From IMG/VR virus record IMGVR_UViG_3300027793_000052, positions 62,001 through 126,000 of that record: 64,000 nucleotides of DNA. The stretch is one strand, 5' to 3'. Every line of letters starts with the position of its first letter. Position 1 is the stretch's first letter. The notes below the pieces were generated by a model. The model saw only the letters and a program-made list of their open reading frames with translations. It searched no databases and was not told the origin of the DNA. Made by a program: the position numbers and the translations under genes. Of the stretch, positions 18,970 through 27,474 are shown in pieces.

Positions 18970-19156
18970 AAGGCAGGGTCTTAGCTGTTGGCCTCTCACC
19001 ATCTCTCATAGTATAAAGGTACGACTTTTATTTCAATTGGCCAAAAAAACAACATGACAATGTGTCACTTTTTTTTAAAAAAGGCAGGTGGCGTTCTGGT
19101 TGCCTCTCACATCCTCTGTCACAATGTAAAGGTACTAATAATTTTTTAATTGGCAA
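18970..19156 (-). repeat. two tandem promoter plus short GC-rich RNA units
   Basis: units 18970-19044 and 19081-19156 share AAGGCAGG, GCCTCTCAC, TAAAGGTAC and AATTGGC. Confidence 0.65.
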
Positions 19157-19174
19157 TGAATATTTATAAGATAT

Positions 19175-19861
19175 ATGAAAAATTTAATTAAAAAGATATT
19201 AAGGGAAAATGAATGGGAATGGGCGGAGGAAACATTGGACCGAGCAGTTGATCCTTATAGAATGGATGTAAATGAATTAGTTTATTTTCTTAATCAATTT
19301 TTTCAACAAAATAAATCCCCAAGATTTAATAGAACATATGTGGCAGAATATGATAGAGGTACCTTTACCATTGGTGATGAAACAGGATTATATGTTTCAA
19401 TGTTAGATACGGATGAAACTTTTTATTATGCCATAAAATCTTTAAAAAGAAGCATAATAAGTCTAACCAATAACAGAGAACTATTGGATGAATATCAGGA
19501 TTTATATGATACATTAATACCTTTGATAAAAGAAGATATAATGGAACAGGCAAACGATATGGACTGGTTTAATATCGATGATATGCCAGAACCAAAAGGA
19601 ATTGCCCTAGCAAATATAATTGAAGAATATTTCAAAGATAATAATTTACCTTATCATATTATGATAAGACAAGATAATGCCGTTATATACATCAAAGATA
19701 CCAATTTTATATATTTTAGCGGATGGACCGAATTATTCACCATGGATAATATTATTAATGATATAATGATTGATTTAGATTCCTTACAATCATCAAAAAG
19801 CATTAATAGATGGAATATCTTATACAACAATCTTAAATCTTTATTTGATAAATTAAAATAA
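19175..19861 (+). CDS. leader-bearing protein with two tandem homologous modules
   Basis: MKNLIKKILRENEWEW; internal PLIKE-DIMEQANDMDWF junction. Confidence 0.75.
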   Translation: MKNLIKKILRENEWEWAEETLDRAVDPYRMDVNELVYFLNQFFQQNKSPRFNRTYVAEYDRGTFTIGDETGLYVSMLDTDETFYYAIKSLKRSIISLTNNRELLDEYQDLYDTLIPLIKEDIMEQANDMDWFNIDDMPEPKGIALANIIEEYFKDNNLPYHIMIRQDNAVIYIKDTNFIYFSGWTELFTMDNIINDIMIDLDSLQSSKSINRWNILYNNLKSLFDKLK

Positions 19862-19887
19862 TTTTCTTACATTTATTCCATATAAGA

Positions 19888-20187
19888 ATGGAAATAAAAG
19901 AAGGAGATAGATTTCTTAATTTAAACACAGGCACCATTATTAAAATAGATTATATTGTTAATAGACCTGAATTTTATTTTATTGGCAATGATGAAGCAGG
20001 AGAAGAATTTTCAACAATAATGAGGGATGAATGGATATGCAAGGTTAGCAATTTAACCGACCCAACCAAATCCAAAGAAATTCCTTTGGATAGTCTAAAG
20101 GGAATAATAGAAAATTCCAATCTTATACAAGCTTACAAGGAAGAACCCATTAAACCAATAAAACATATAAAACAATATAAACTATGA
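19888..20187 (+). CDS. small KOW-like protein with basic C-tail
   Basis: MEIKEGDRF...PIKPIKHIKQYKL. Confidence 0.65.
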   Translation: MEIKEGDRFLNLNTGTIIKIDYIVNRPEFYFIGNDEAGEEFSTIMRDEWICKVSNLTDPTKSKEIPLDSLKGIIENSNLIQAYKEEPIKPIKHIKQYKL

Positions 20188-20444
20188 TAATCTTAAAAAC
20201 ATTGGCCCCAATTCTAGGATTGATTGCCTTTATTATGGCAATTAGAGAATTCTTGGGCAAAGAAAGACCCAAGAAAAATTGGTATAGAGTTTATTTAAGC
20301 CTTGTAACTTTAATTATACTTACCACATTGGCAATACATGATTGGTTCTCGGTAACCATTTGGTTAATTGTATTTGTAATTTGTTTTTTTAGGCTAGAAA
20401 AGGATGGTATTCACATATTCAAGAATGACAAGATGACAGAATAA
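20184..20444 (+). CDS. small membrane protein
   Basis: three hydrophobic segments. Confidence 0.6.
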   Translation: MIILKTLAPILGLIAFIMAIREFLGKERPKKNWYRVYLSLVTLIILTTLAIHDWFSVTIWLIVFVICFFRLEKDGIHIFKNDKMTE

Positions 20445-20467
20445 AAATTTGGAACAAGATTTGTACT

Positions 20468-20725
20468 GGATGGCCGGCCTATGGGGACCCCCTGTATAGC
20501 CCCCCGGCGGGGGTGCCCGTATCCCCCCTCCCCCTCTGGGAGGGTCTGCGGGGTAGAAAGCGGGGTTCGGTTCCCCATTCATATCCGGGACCTGGTGGCA
20601 AAATTTTCCGGGAAAAATTTAAGCCAAAAAAGCGTTCCTAAAATTCCGGGAAAAATTGTCTAGAAAAAGGACCCCACCCCCTACATAGTTAAAAACCTAT
20701 TCCGGAATTTCCGGGAAAAAATTCA
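20468..20725. other. GC-rich non-coding island with TTCCGGGAAAAA repeats
   Basis: 83/120 GC over 20471-20590; repeats at 20606, 20644, 20709; hairpin CCCTCCC/GGGAGGG. Confidence 0.7.
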
Positions 20726-20767
20726 CCCATATTTGTTTCTCTATATGGGAATTATTATATTTGTGTT

Positions 20768-21019
20768 ATGGAATTTAAATCAGGAGATAAAGTTATAATA
20801 ACAAAACGGTATAAGGGTAATTATGCCGATGTGGGCATGGAGGGTGAGTTTATTAAATCGGAAGAAGATTGGGATGGTGACGAAAGTTCACCAACCTATG
20901 GTACAATGATTACATTCTATCAATTAAAAATTGGTACCCAAAAAACTTGGTGTGTTGGTATTAAACCAAAAGGTGTACATGATTGGAATGGTGAGGGAAT
21001 TAAATTTAGATTTGTATGA
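20768..21019 (+). CDS. small KOW-like protein with basic C-tail
   Basis: MEFKSGDKVII...GIKFRFV; TATATTTG upstream. Confidence 0.65.
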   Translation: MEFKSGDKVIITKRYKGNYADVGMEGEFIKSEEDWDGDESSPTYGTMITFYQLKIGTQKTWCVGIKPKGVHDWNGEGIKFRFV

Positions 21020-21020
21020 T

Positions 21021-21263
21021 ATGGAATATAAGGTGGGAGATATTCTTATCCTTAGGGAAGTTATAGATGATATAAAGTTATATAAGACAGAACTAGGTAA
21101 GGAACAAGTTATTGTGGAGATAAGAAAGAATGGTTTTCTTCATACAAGATTCCGTAATAGTTTGTTATCCCATTATCTTCATCCTGATGGTACATATGTT
21201 AAATGTTGTGAGCATAGGAGAGATTTAATTAGTAAGTGGGTACCACAATTAAAAATTATATAA
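21021..21263 (+). CDS. small KOW-like protein
   Basis: start re-assigned to ATG 21021, MEYKVGDILI...VPQLKII. Confidence 0.6.
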   Translation: MEYKVGDILILREVIDDIKLYKTELGKEQVIVEIRKNGFLHTRFRNSLLSHYLHPDGTYVKCCEHRRDLISKWVPQLKII

Positions 21264-21266
21264 AAA

Positions 21267-21524
21267 ATGAATTTTACCAAATTAAGAAAAGGTGATATTG
21301 TAAGATGGGATCTAGACTCAATCCTATATAAAATATTGGATATTGATACCACCCAAGATAATCAAATACTTTGGGGTTGGATTGGTAGTGATTGGGATGG
21401 TGGTAGTATATATAAAACAAGGTGGCATAATTCTTATGATAATATAAATGATTTAATATCCAAAGGTCAAATTAGTATTATTGAAAGAGGTGGCTTTTAT
21501 TTAAAACCATTAAAGTTTATATAA
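21267..21524 (+). CDS. small KOW-like protein with basic C-tail
   Basis: LRKGDIVRW...YLKPLKFI; paralog of 21526. Confidence 0.65.
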   Translation: MNFTKLRKGDIVRWDLDSILYKILDIDTTQDNQILWGWIGSDWDGGSIYKTRWHNSYDNINDLISKGQISIIERGGFYLKPLKFI

Positions 21525-21525
21525 T

Positions 21526-21792
21526 ATGAAATTAAACATTGGGGATAAATTTGTTTGGTCGGATGAAGGGATTATTTATACCGTCATGGATATTAATACC
21601 TCAAGGGACATAGGTCAGGTTTTGGTTGAATGGTGGTCACATGATATTTATGGCATATATGGAAAAAAGATTACGTGGGATTCCACCCTTCAAACCTTGG
21701 AAGGTTTTTTATCTGATGGCACAATATGCCTTATTTATCAGGGCAATCTTTTGGGACCAAAAGGATCCGTTAAAAAATTAAAATTAATTTAA
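21526..21792 (+). CDS. small KOW-like protein with basic C-tail
   Basis: MKLNIGDKFVW...PKGSVKKLKLI. Confidence 0.65.
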   Translation: MKLNIGDKFVWSDEGIIYTVMDINTSRDIGQVLVEWWSHDIYGIYGKKITWDSTLQTLEGFLSDGTICLIYQGNLLGPKGSVKKLKLI

Positions 21793-21795
21793 TAT

Positions 21796-22032
21796 ATGAA
21801 TAAGGTTAAAATTGTTGGATATCATAAAAAAACTTATTGGTATTCTAATTATGTTGGCCAGATTTTTGATTTTATTCGTATTGAGGAAGATGGTTCTTAT
21901 ATTGTTCTTGGCACATCTGTTAATCCTTATCATACTCATGTTATTTATCATATATGGTCTGAGGATGGCAGGCTTGTATTTGATAATTCATTTGTTTTAT
22001 CGCCATCTAAAATTAAATTTAAATTTATTTGA
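21796..22032 (+). CDS. small protein with basic C-tail
   Basis: KTYWYSNYVGQIF...PSKIKFKFI; paralog of 22995. Confidence 0.65.
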   Translation: MNKVKIVGYHKKTYWYSNYVGQIFDFIRIEEDGSYIVLGTSVNPYHTHVIYHIWSEDGRLVFDNSFVLSPSKIKFKFI

Positions 22033-22156
22033 ATAATTTAAAAATGTGTGGATGGGGAAAAATATCCGGATTACGTCCATTTATCCCCCCGCCCCCTTTT
22101 TTTTATTTGTTTTTTAAATTCTTTTTCTTATCTTTGTTTTATCAAATTTATGATAT

Positions 22157-22393
22157 ATGAAAACATTTGTTAAATTATTAATGGTTATTTCTTTTATTCT
22201 ATCATTCATTTTTGTTGGTGATATGGTTGTGGATGCAATTATGGGTTTATTTCCCATTTCAGCAAATGAATGGTTTCCCATTCTTAGATTTTTGGTTTGG
22301 ATATTTACCTTCACCTTTAATTTGGCTTTAACAATTGTTTTATATTTTATTGTGGTTTATATTATTTCTTTGATAATAGGTTTATTGGATTAA
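22157..22393 (+). CDS. small membrane protein
   Basis: hydrophobic; TATCTTTG upstream. Confidence 0.6.
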   Translation: MKTFVKLLMVISFILSFIFVGDMVVDAIMGLFPISANEWFPILRFLVWIFTFTFNLALTIVLYFIVVYIISLIIGLLD

Positions 22394-22517
22394 AATTATT
22401 ATTTTTGAAGTTTTTTATGGCGGATAACCAGATGAAAGGTATATAGTGCATATCACATTTAGTGTATCAAAGAAATGGAACCGTCACCCTCCCATGTAAA
22501 AGTGGGAGGTTTTTAAT

Positions 22518-22613
22518 AGTCAGGTGGCGGAATATGGTGTTAAAATAAGGAGGAGAGGTTACCGAGCCGCAAACCATGCGGGAGCTTCACAGGTTCGATT
22601 CCTGTCCTGACTA
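22518..22613 (+). tRNA. atypical tRNA-like element (anticodon undetermined)
   Basis: 7-bp acceptor AGTCAGG/CCTGACT, T8, T-arm ACAGG-TTCGATT-CCTGT; D and anticodon region expanded and non-canonical. Confidence 0.55.
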
Positions 22614-22782
22614 CAACGGCAGGTGAGGTGTATTATCCTCTGAAATAGTTTAGACTGCACAAGTCCTTAAATGGGCAGACATATCGTGATTAGTCCACGA
22701 TGACTTTCTTACTTGGAAAGAAAAGTGACGTTTATGTTATAACTTGTACGAGAACAAGTTTTTACAAAAAAAATTAAAAATC

Positions 22783-22995
22783 ATGGAAGAAAGATCGATT
22801 GAATTTAAAGATATTTTTGAGCAATTGTGTCAAACATTTAATGAAATCAAATATAACAATGGTGATATATCTGATGTTGGCAATGAAATTGGTTTTTCTT
22901 TGGGTAAGATATTGCCAAATTTATCAGAGGGTGAGATTAGAGATTTTATTTATGGTATTCAACATGGAATTAGTTTAAGTAATAATCAACATTAA
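22783..22995 (+). CDS. hypothetical protein
   Basis: start re-assigned to ATG 22783; DISDVGNEIG motif. Confidence 0.6.
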   Translation: MEERSIEFKDIFEQLCQTFNEIKYNNGDISDVGNEIGFSLGKILPNLSEGEIRDFIYGIQHGISLSNNQH

Positions 22996-23222
22996 TGGAA
23001 AAAATTAAAGTTATTATTACAAAAAGTTCCAAGGACACTTATTGGTATGCTAATAAGTTGGGTCAAACTTTTGAATGTTATTTAAATCTTTATGGGAAAA
23101 GTTTTCAAGTTGTTAGTGATACAACACATGGTTATATCGAAACCAAATATATTAATATTGAAGATTGTATTTCTTTTGATACCATATCTCATCGGTATAT
23201 AAAAAAATTTAAATTTTGTTGA
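22995..23222 (+). CDS. small protein with basic C-tail
   Basis: DTYWYANKLGQTF...RYIKKFKFC. Confidence 0.65.
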   Translation: MEKIKVIITKSSKDTYWYANKLGQTFECYLNLYGKSFQVVSDTTHGYIETKYINIEDCISFDTISHRYIKKFKFC

Positions 23223-23261
23223 TAACAATTATTGTGAATTTTATTTTGAAACGTTTATAAT

Positions 23262-23558
23262 ATGACAATAGAAGATAAATTGGCTTATGCCAAAAAAATA
23301 TATAAACAACATTCTAAGATTAGAGCTGTACTATATAGTGATGGTAGTTGGTGTAACCTTATACGTAGATCGTTAGGTGAACCACGAATTTATCAAGATA
23401 TTCAAGGTTATGAATGGATTATAAGTAATCATAATTTATACAATCCTATTACAGATACTTGGTCTTTGGTTTATGACAAGGATTTAGATATTTGGATAAA
23501 CCCAAAAGAACAGGTATTTATACCAAAAATATTAAAACGATTTATTTTTGCCAATTAA
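23262..23558 (+). CDS. hypothetical protein with basic C-tail
   Basis: ends FIPKILKRFIFAN. Confidence 0.6.
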   Translation: MTIEDKLAYAKKIYKQHSKIRAVLYSDGSWCNLIRRSLGEPRIYQDIQGYEWIISNHNLYNPITDTWSLVYDKDLDIWINPKEQVFIPKILKRFIFAN

Positions 23559-23577
23559 AATAATTTCCATATCTTTG
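23547..23577 (+). promoter_or_regulatory. Bacteroidota-type (early) promoter
   Basis: TTTGCCA-N16-TATCTTTG. Confidence 0.65.
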
Positions 23578-23581
23578 TTGT

Positions 23582-23980
23582 ATGGAAATTAAAGCTGGAA
23601 CCAAAATTAAGGATTTATCTAAAAAAGATTTTAAAAAAGTTTTTAAGCACGCCATTTTTTTCTGTGAACAAAATTTGGGTCTTAATAGACGTAAGTCCGA
23701 ACCTTTACAAGTTTTATGGTTAAACAAAGAAACCAAACAAACTTATGGTTGGTATGACCCTGTGGATAATTCCATTCAAATTAACGCTGATTGCAAAACC
23801 GTTTCTGATTTAACAAAAACTTTAATTCATGAATGGACCCATCATTTGCAACCAATCTTAAGTCAATATGGTAAATTATATAAAAAATATGGTTACGCCA
23901 ATCACCCAATGGAAATTGAGGCTTATGATGCGGAAAAAAAATGGAACCGTAAAATGTTGGCCTACCTAAGGTCCGTATAA
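23582..23980 (+). CDS. zincin-like metallopeptidase
   Basis: LIHEWTHHLQ (HExxH) and Y.NHPMEIEA. Confidence 0.7.
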   Translation: MEIKAGTKIKDLSKKDFKKVFKHAIFFCEQNLGLNRRKSEPLQVLWLNKETKQTYGWYDPVDNSIQINADCKTVSDLTKTLIHEWTHHLQPILSQYGKLYKKYGYANHPMEIEAYDAEKKWNRKMLAYLRSV

Positions 23981-24038
23981 TTGTATGCCCAAATCCGTTA
24001 TTTTCTTTTTTTAATTTTGGTTGATATTTATTTTGTAT

Positions 24039-25046
24039 ATGTATCAACCAAAGCTATATTTAAGATTCGATAAGCCAATTCAAAATGATAAAATCGGTAT
24101 TGAACAATTGAACAAAATTTTGCGTTTGATTGAAATTGTTTACCCTGAAGTTAGTTGGTGGGATGGTACATCACCATCTGGATGGAATCCATTTACTGGT
24201 GAAAATGATGATATACCAGATATAGTTAAATCTTTAACCATTGGCTATTGGCCTGATGGACCAAATAAATTAACTTACGGTATTTGGGATACAAATGACT
24301 ATAACTATTCAAATGCTATTGATGGTTGGGCATGGTTTAACAATTTTAATTTTGATGCGGATGAAACCAGTACAATGTTTGAACCCATTGATGAATCCAT
24401 TAAACGTGATTGGACGATTGATGATTTAAAATTTTTACACGATGATAAGGTTTTATTTTATGAAATTGGTTCCGATGGGAATGCAATAAAACACCCTGAT
24501 ATTATGGGTGATGACATGGGTGATATTTTATATATCGGAATTCAAGATGGTAGATATACTGTTTGTTATAAATTAGAAGGTGGTGAAGATATAAAAGGTA
24601 TTGAAGAATGTTTAATGTCGTCTGAAAATTCTATTCTTAAATGGTTAAATGACGGAACATTACAACCAACACATAAATTTATAAATTTTGATATAGACGA
24701 TATGCTTCAACCAATTAACGAGTCCAATCGTAAAAAAGACGATATTTTTAGAATTGGTGATTATGTCATTGTTAACGGTTATTATAACGGCGACATAGGT
24801 TCAAGTAATAATAAAATCGTTTATTTTGATGATGATTTTGCTCAAATAATTGATACCTATATGGGAAGTGATGGTTTATGGTATTTGTTAGAATTTGAAA
24901 CTAAAAGAATTAATTTCCCAAAATCAACACCAAGTAATCAAATTTATCTTATGAACGATAATTTTGATGGAAGTAGTTTTAAAATGGAAATTACCATCGA
25001 ATACCCCGAAGAGTTAGATTTGGACACAATTTTTGGGTATAATTAA
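24039..25046 (+). CDS. three-module acidic protein (putative polyprotein)
   Basis: start re-assigned to ATG 24039 after ATATTTAT; linkers FDADETSTMFEPIDE and FDIDDMLQPINE. Confidence 0.7.
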   Translation: MYQPKLYLRFDKPIQNDKIGIEQLNKILRLIEIVYPEVSWWDGTSPSGWNPFTGENDDIPDIVKSLTIGYWPDGPNKLTYGIWDTNDYNYSNAIDGWAWFNNFNFDADETSTMFEPIDESIKRDWTIDDLKFLHDDKVLFYEIGSDGNAIKHPDIMGDDMGDILYIGIQDGRYTVCYKLEGGEDIKGIEECLMSSENSILKWLNDGTLQPTHKFINFDIDDMLQPINESNRKKDDIFRIGDYVIVNGYYNGDIGSSNNKIVYFDDDFAQIIDTYMGSDGLWYLLEFETKRINFPKSTPSNQIYLMNDNFDGSSFKMEITIEYPEELDLDTIFGYN

Positions 25047-25091
25047 ATAATCAATATTCACAGTTTTATTAATTTTTATTATTTTTAAAAT

Positions 25092-25313
25092 ATGATAAGA
25101 ACTGTTTACGTTACATACAAGAATTTAGATTTAATTGTTACTGGGTATTATTCCGAATATAAGAGTGGTGATAGAGAACAACCACCAGAACCGGAATCTT
25201 TTGAAATTAGTCAAATTTATCGTGGTGATGTTGATGTTACAAACATTTTTATTGAATTACTTCATGATTGGCAGGACTTGGAAATGGTTTGTCTTGAAGA
25301 ATTAAGAGATTAG
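25092..25313 (+). CDS. hypothetical protein
   Basis: GDREQPPEPESFEI motif. Confidence 0.6.
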   Translation: MIRTVYVTYKNLDLIVTGYYSEYKSGDREQPPEPESFEISQIYRGDVDVTNIFIELLHDWQDLEMVCLEELRD

Positions 25314-25318
25314 TACAA

Positions 25319-25483
25319 ATGGAAGATATTAGAGATTTAATCAAACACATCGAAGAAAAAATTGAAACTGAAAATCGTTTTGCTTTAATGGGTGATTTTT
25401 CTAGTAAAGTTTTGGTTGAAGAATTAACCAAAATACTTGTACGACTTAATAAAGTCATTGAAAGTAATTACGCCAAATCATGA
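25319..25483 (+). CDS. small hypothetical protein (54 aa, not in track)
   Basis: MEDIRDLIKHIEE...NYAKS. Confidence 0.45.
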   Translation: MEDIRDLIKHIEEKIETENRFALMGDFSSKVLVEELTKILVRLNKVIESNYAKS

Positions 25484-25498
25484 TATTTATAGTATGTC

Positions 25499-26173
25499 AT
25501 GGGTTTAAGAAATAAAAATATAAACGAAAATCAAAACTTCTTAGATAAGAAATATATAATATTTGACGACGAGGCTACCAAACGAGATATTATAAAAATT
25601 TATAAGTTACTAATATCTATGGATGTTACACCTTTATCTGTTATTAGGAGTACTAGAAATACAACAGAAAGTTGGATTTATGCTTACGTGGATGAGATTG
25701 AAGATTTTATCGATACATATGGTGGCGCTTATTTTAGAATATGGGTTACAAGTTATGATAAACAATTAGCCTTAGATTACGGTGCTATACATAAAAATGA
25801 TTTAAATATTGATAGTGTTGAAGATAGTAGATTAATTTATTTTAAAGATTTGTTAGACACTTCTGATATAAATTTTTTTCCAGAAAATCTTAATGAAAAT
25901 TATAAAGATAATGACACACCTGAAGTTGGTGATAATTTAGTTTGCCACAAGTCTGTAGTTATGCAATACAGTGGTGAAGTTGAAGCAACTGAAGGTAAAT
26001 TGTATGAAATAGTACTTGTAACACATGATAGATTAGCTATAATAAATAATTCTAATCATGAACATTTTTTTTCTATAAAAAAAGGTGACGATAGTTTTTA
26101 TAAAAAATGGTTTAGCCCATCTATGTCTATTGAAATAGACACTTTTTTGAACCTTTGGATTAGTCATTTTTAA
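25499..26173 (+). CDS. two-module protein
   Basis: ATATTTAT upstream; NINE at N-terminus; internal INFFPENLNE linker; second module similar to 3063 module 1. Confidence 0.7.
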   Translation: MGLRNKNINENQNFLDKKYIIFDDEATKRDIIKIYKLLISMDVTPLSVIRSTRNTTESWIYAYVDEIEDFIDTYGGAYFRIWVTSYDKQLALDYGAIHKNDLNIDSVEDSRLIYFKDLLDTSDINFFPENLNENYKDNDTPEVGDNLVCHKSVVMQYSGEVEATEGKLYEIVLVTHDRLAIINNSNHEHFFSIKKGDDSFYKKWFSPSMSIEIDTFLNLWISHF

Positions 26174-26228
26174 TATAAACATAACCATAATAACTACCTT
26201 TTTAAGATATTTATAATAACAAACCCGC

Positions 26229-26567
26229 ATGGTTATGGAAGAATATAGTACAAAAGCTCTTTATGATGTTATAAAACTTAACTTATTGTTAAAAGATAAG
26301 GATTTGTTACGTTTTATTAGAACTAGTAATGATGAAATATTGGCCGAATATAAAAAAATAAAAAATAAACCTAGTTTAACATTAAATGATATAACCAATA
26401 AATATGAAAGTTATACAATCGTTTACATGACAATTAGAGGTATTATGGCAAATGTTAATATTGTAAAACATCAGGAAGTAGCTAGAGAAATAACAAATTT
26501 ATTTTTAAATGATGTACTAGAAGAAAAATTTAATGATAAACCAGCATCAACATACGATAACGATTAG
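26229..26567 (+). CDS. hypothetical protein
   Basis: ATATTTAT upstream. Confidence 0.6.
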   Translation: MVMEEYSTKALYDVIKLNLLLKDKDLLRFIRTSNDEILAEYKKIKNKPSLTLNDITNKYESYTIVYMTIRGIMANVNIVKHQEVAREITNLFLNDVLEEKFNDKPASTYDND

Positions 26568-26592
26568 TAACATATTTATATAAAAAATATAA

Positions 26593-27474
26593 ATGAAAAA
26601 ATTATTAGTAACAGAATCTCAGTTAAAAAGTATTAAAAATTATCTGATAGAGGCTAAATTAAGGTCTTACGTTTTTGATTGGGACGACAATATATTAAGA
26701 ATGCCAACAAAAATATTCCTTAAAAGTGATAAGGGTGATGTTGTTGGTATGTCTACAGAAGATTTCGCCACCTATAGAAGTAAAGTGGGTAAAGAACCTT
26801 TTAAATATGAAGGATATGTGATTACAAATTTTGATGATGATCCTTTTAGAGATTTTAAAGATTATAAATCATTTATAAGAGACACAGAAAAGGCCATACA
26901 CAACCAAAGTTTTGCACCAAGTTACAAAAAATTTATTGAAGCTTTGATTTATGCCAACCCTTTCGCTATTAATACAGCTCGGGGACATAATCCTAAAGCA
27001 CTTAAAGAAGGTGTTAAAGTATTTATTAACATGGTGTTAGAACCAAAAGAAAAAGAAATAATGGTTAGTAACATCAAAAAAGAATTACCAGTTAACCTAA
27101 CAAAAGGTTTAAATAATGAACAATTAATTGATTTATATTTAGATGAAAGGGGTGAGTATTATCCCGTATCATCCGAAGAATTCGGTCAAAGATTTGGTTT
27201 GGAAACTTCTGGTGGGGCAGCCAATCCTGAACATGCAAAACAAGTAGCTATAGAACATTTTGTTAAAAAACTTTTAGATGGTGTTAAAACATATGTGGTT
27301 AAAGGTAAGTACAAAAAAATATCTTTAGGGTTTTCTGATGATGACATTAGAAATGTTAAAGGTGTTGAGGAATTTATCGAAACGGAACTAAAAAAATTAT
27401 ACCCTGAAGTAAATTTTGTTATCTATGATACTTCTGAGGGTGGTAAGAAAAAAATGGTGGTACAAAAAGATTAA
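26593..27474 (+). CDS. HAD-superfamily phosphatase-like protein with leader
   Basis: YVFDWDDNI (DxD), INTARGH, GFSDDD; MKKLLVTESQ...LIE leader. Confidence 0.65.
   Translation: MKKLLVTESQLKSIKNYLIEAKLRSYVFDWDDNILRMPTKIFLKSDKGDVVGMSTEDFATYRSKVGKEPFKYEGYVITNFDDDPFRDFKDYKSFIRDTEKAIHNQSFAPSYKKFIEALIYANPFAINTARGHNPKALKEGVKVFINMVLEPKEKEIMVSNIKKELPVNLTKGLNNEQLIDLYLDERGEYYPVSSEEFGQRFGLETSGGAANPEHAKQVAIEHFVKKLLDGVKTYVVKGKYKKISLGFSDDDIRNVKGVEEFIETELKKLYPEVNFVIYDTSEGGKKKMVVQKD

Noticed and set aside
20394-20663. ORFs 20394-20582(-) and 20481-20663(+)
   Set aside because: Pro/Gly-rich by-products of the GC island; composition unlike any other gene here
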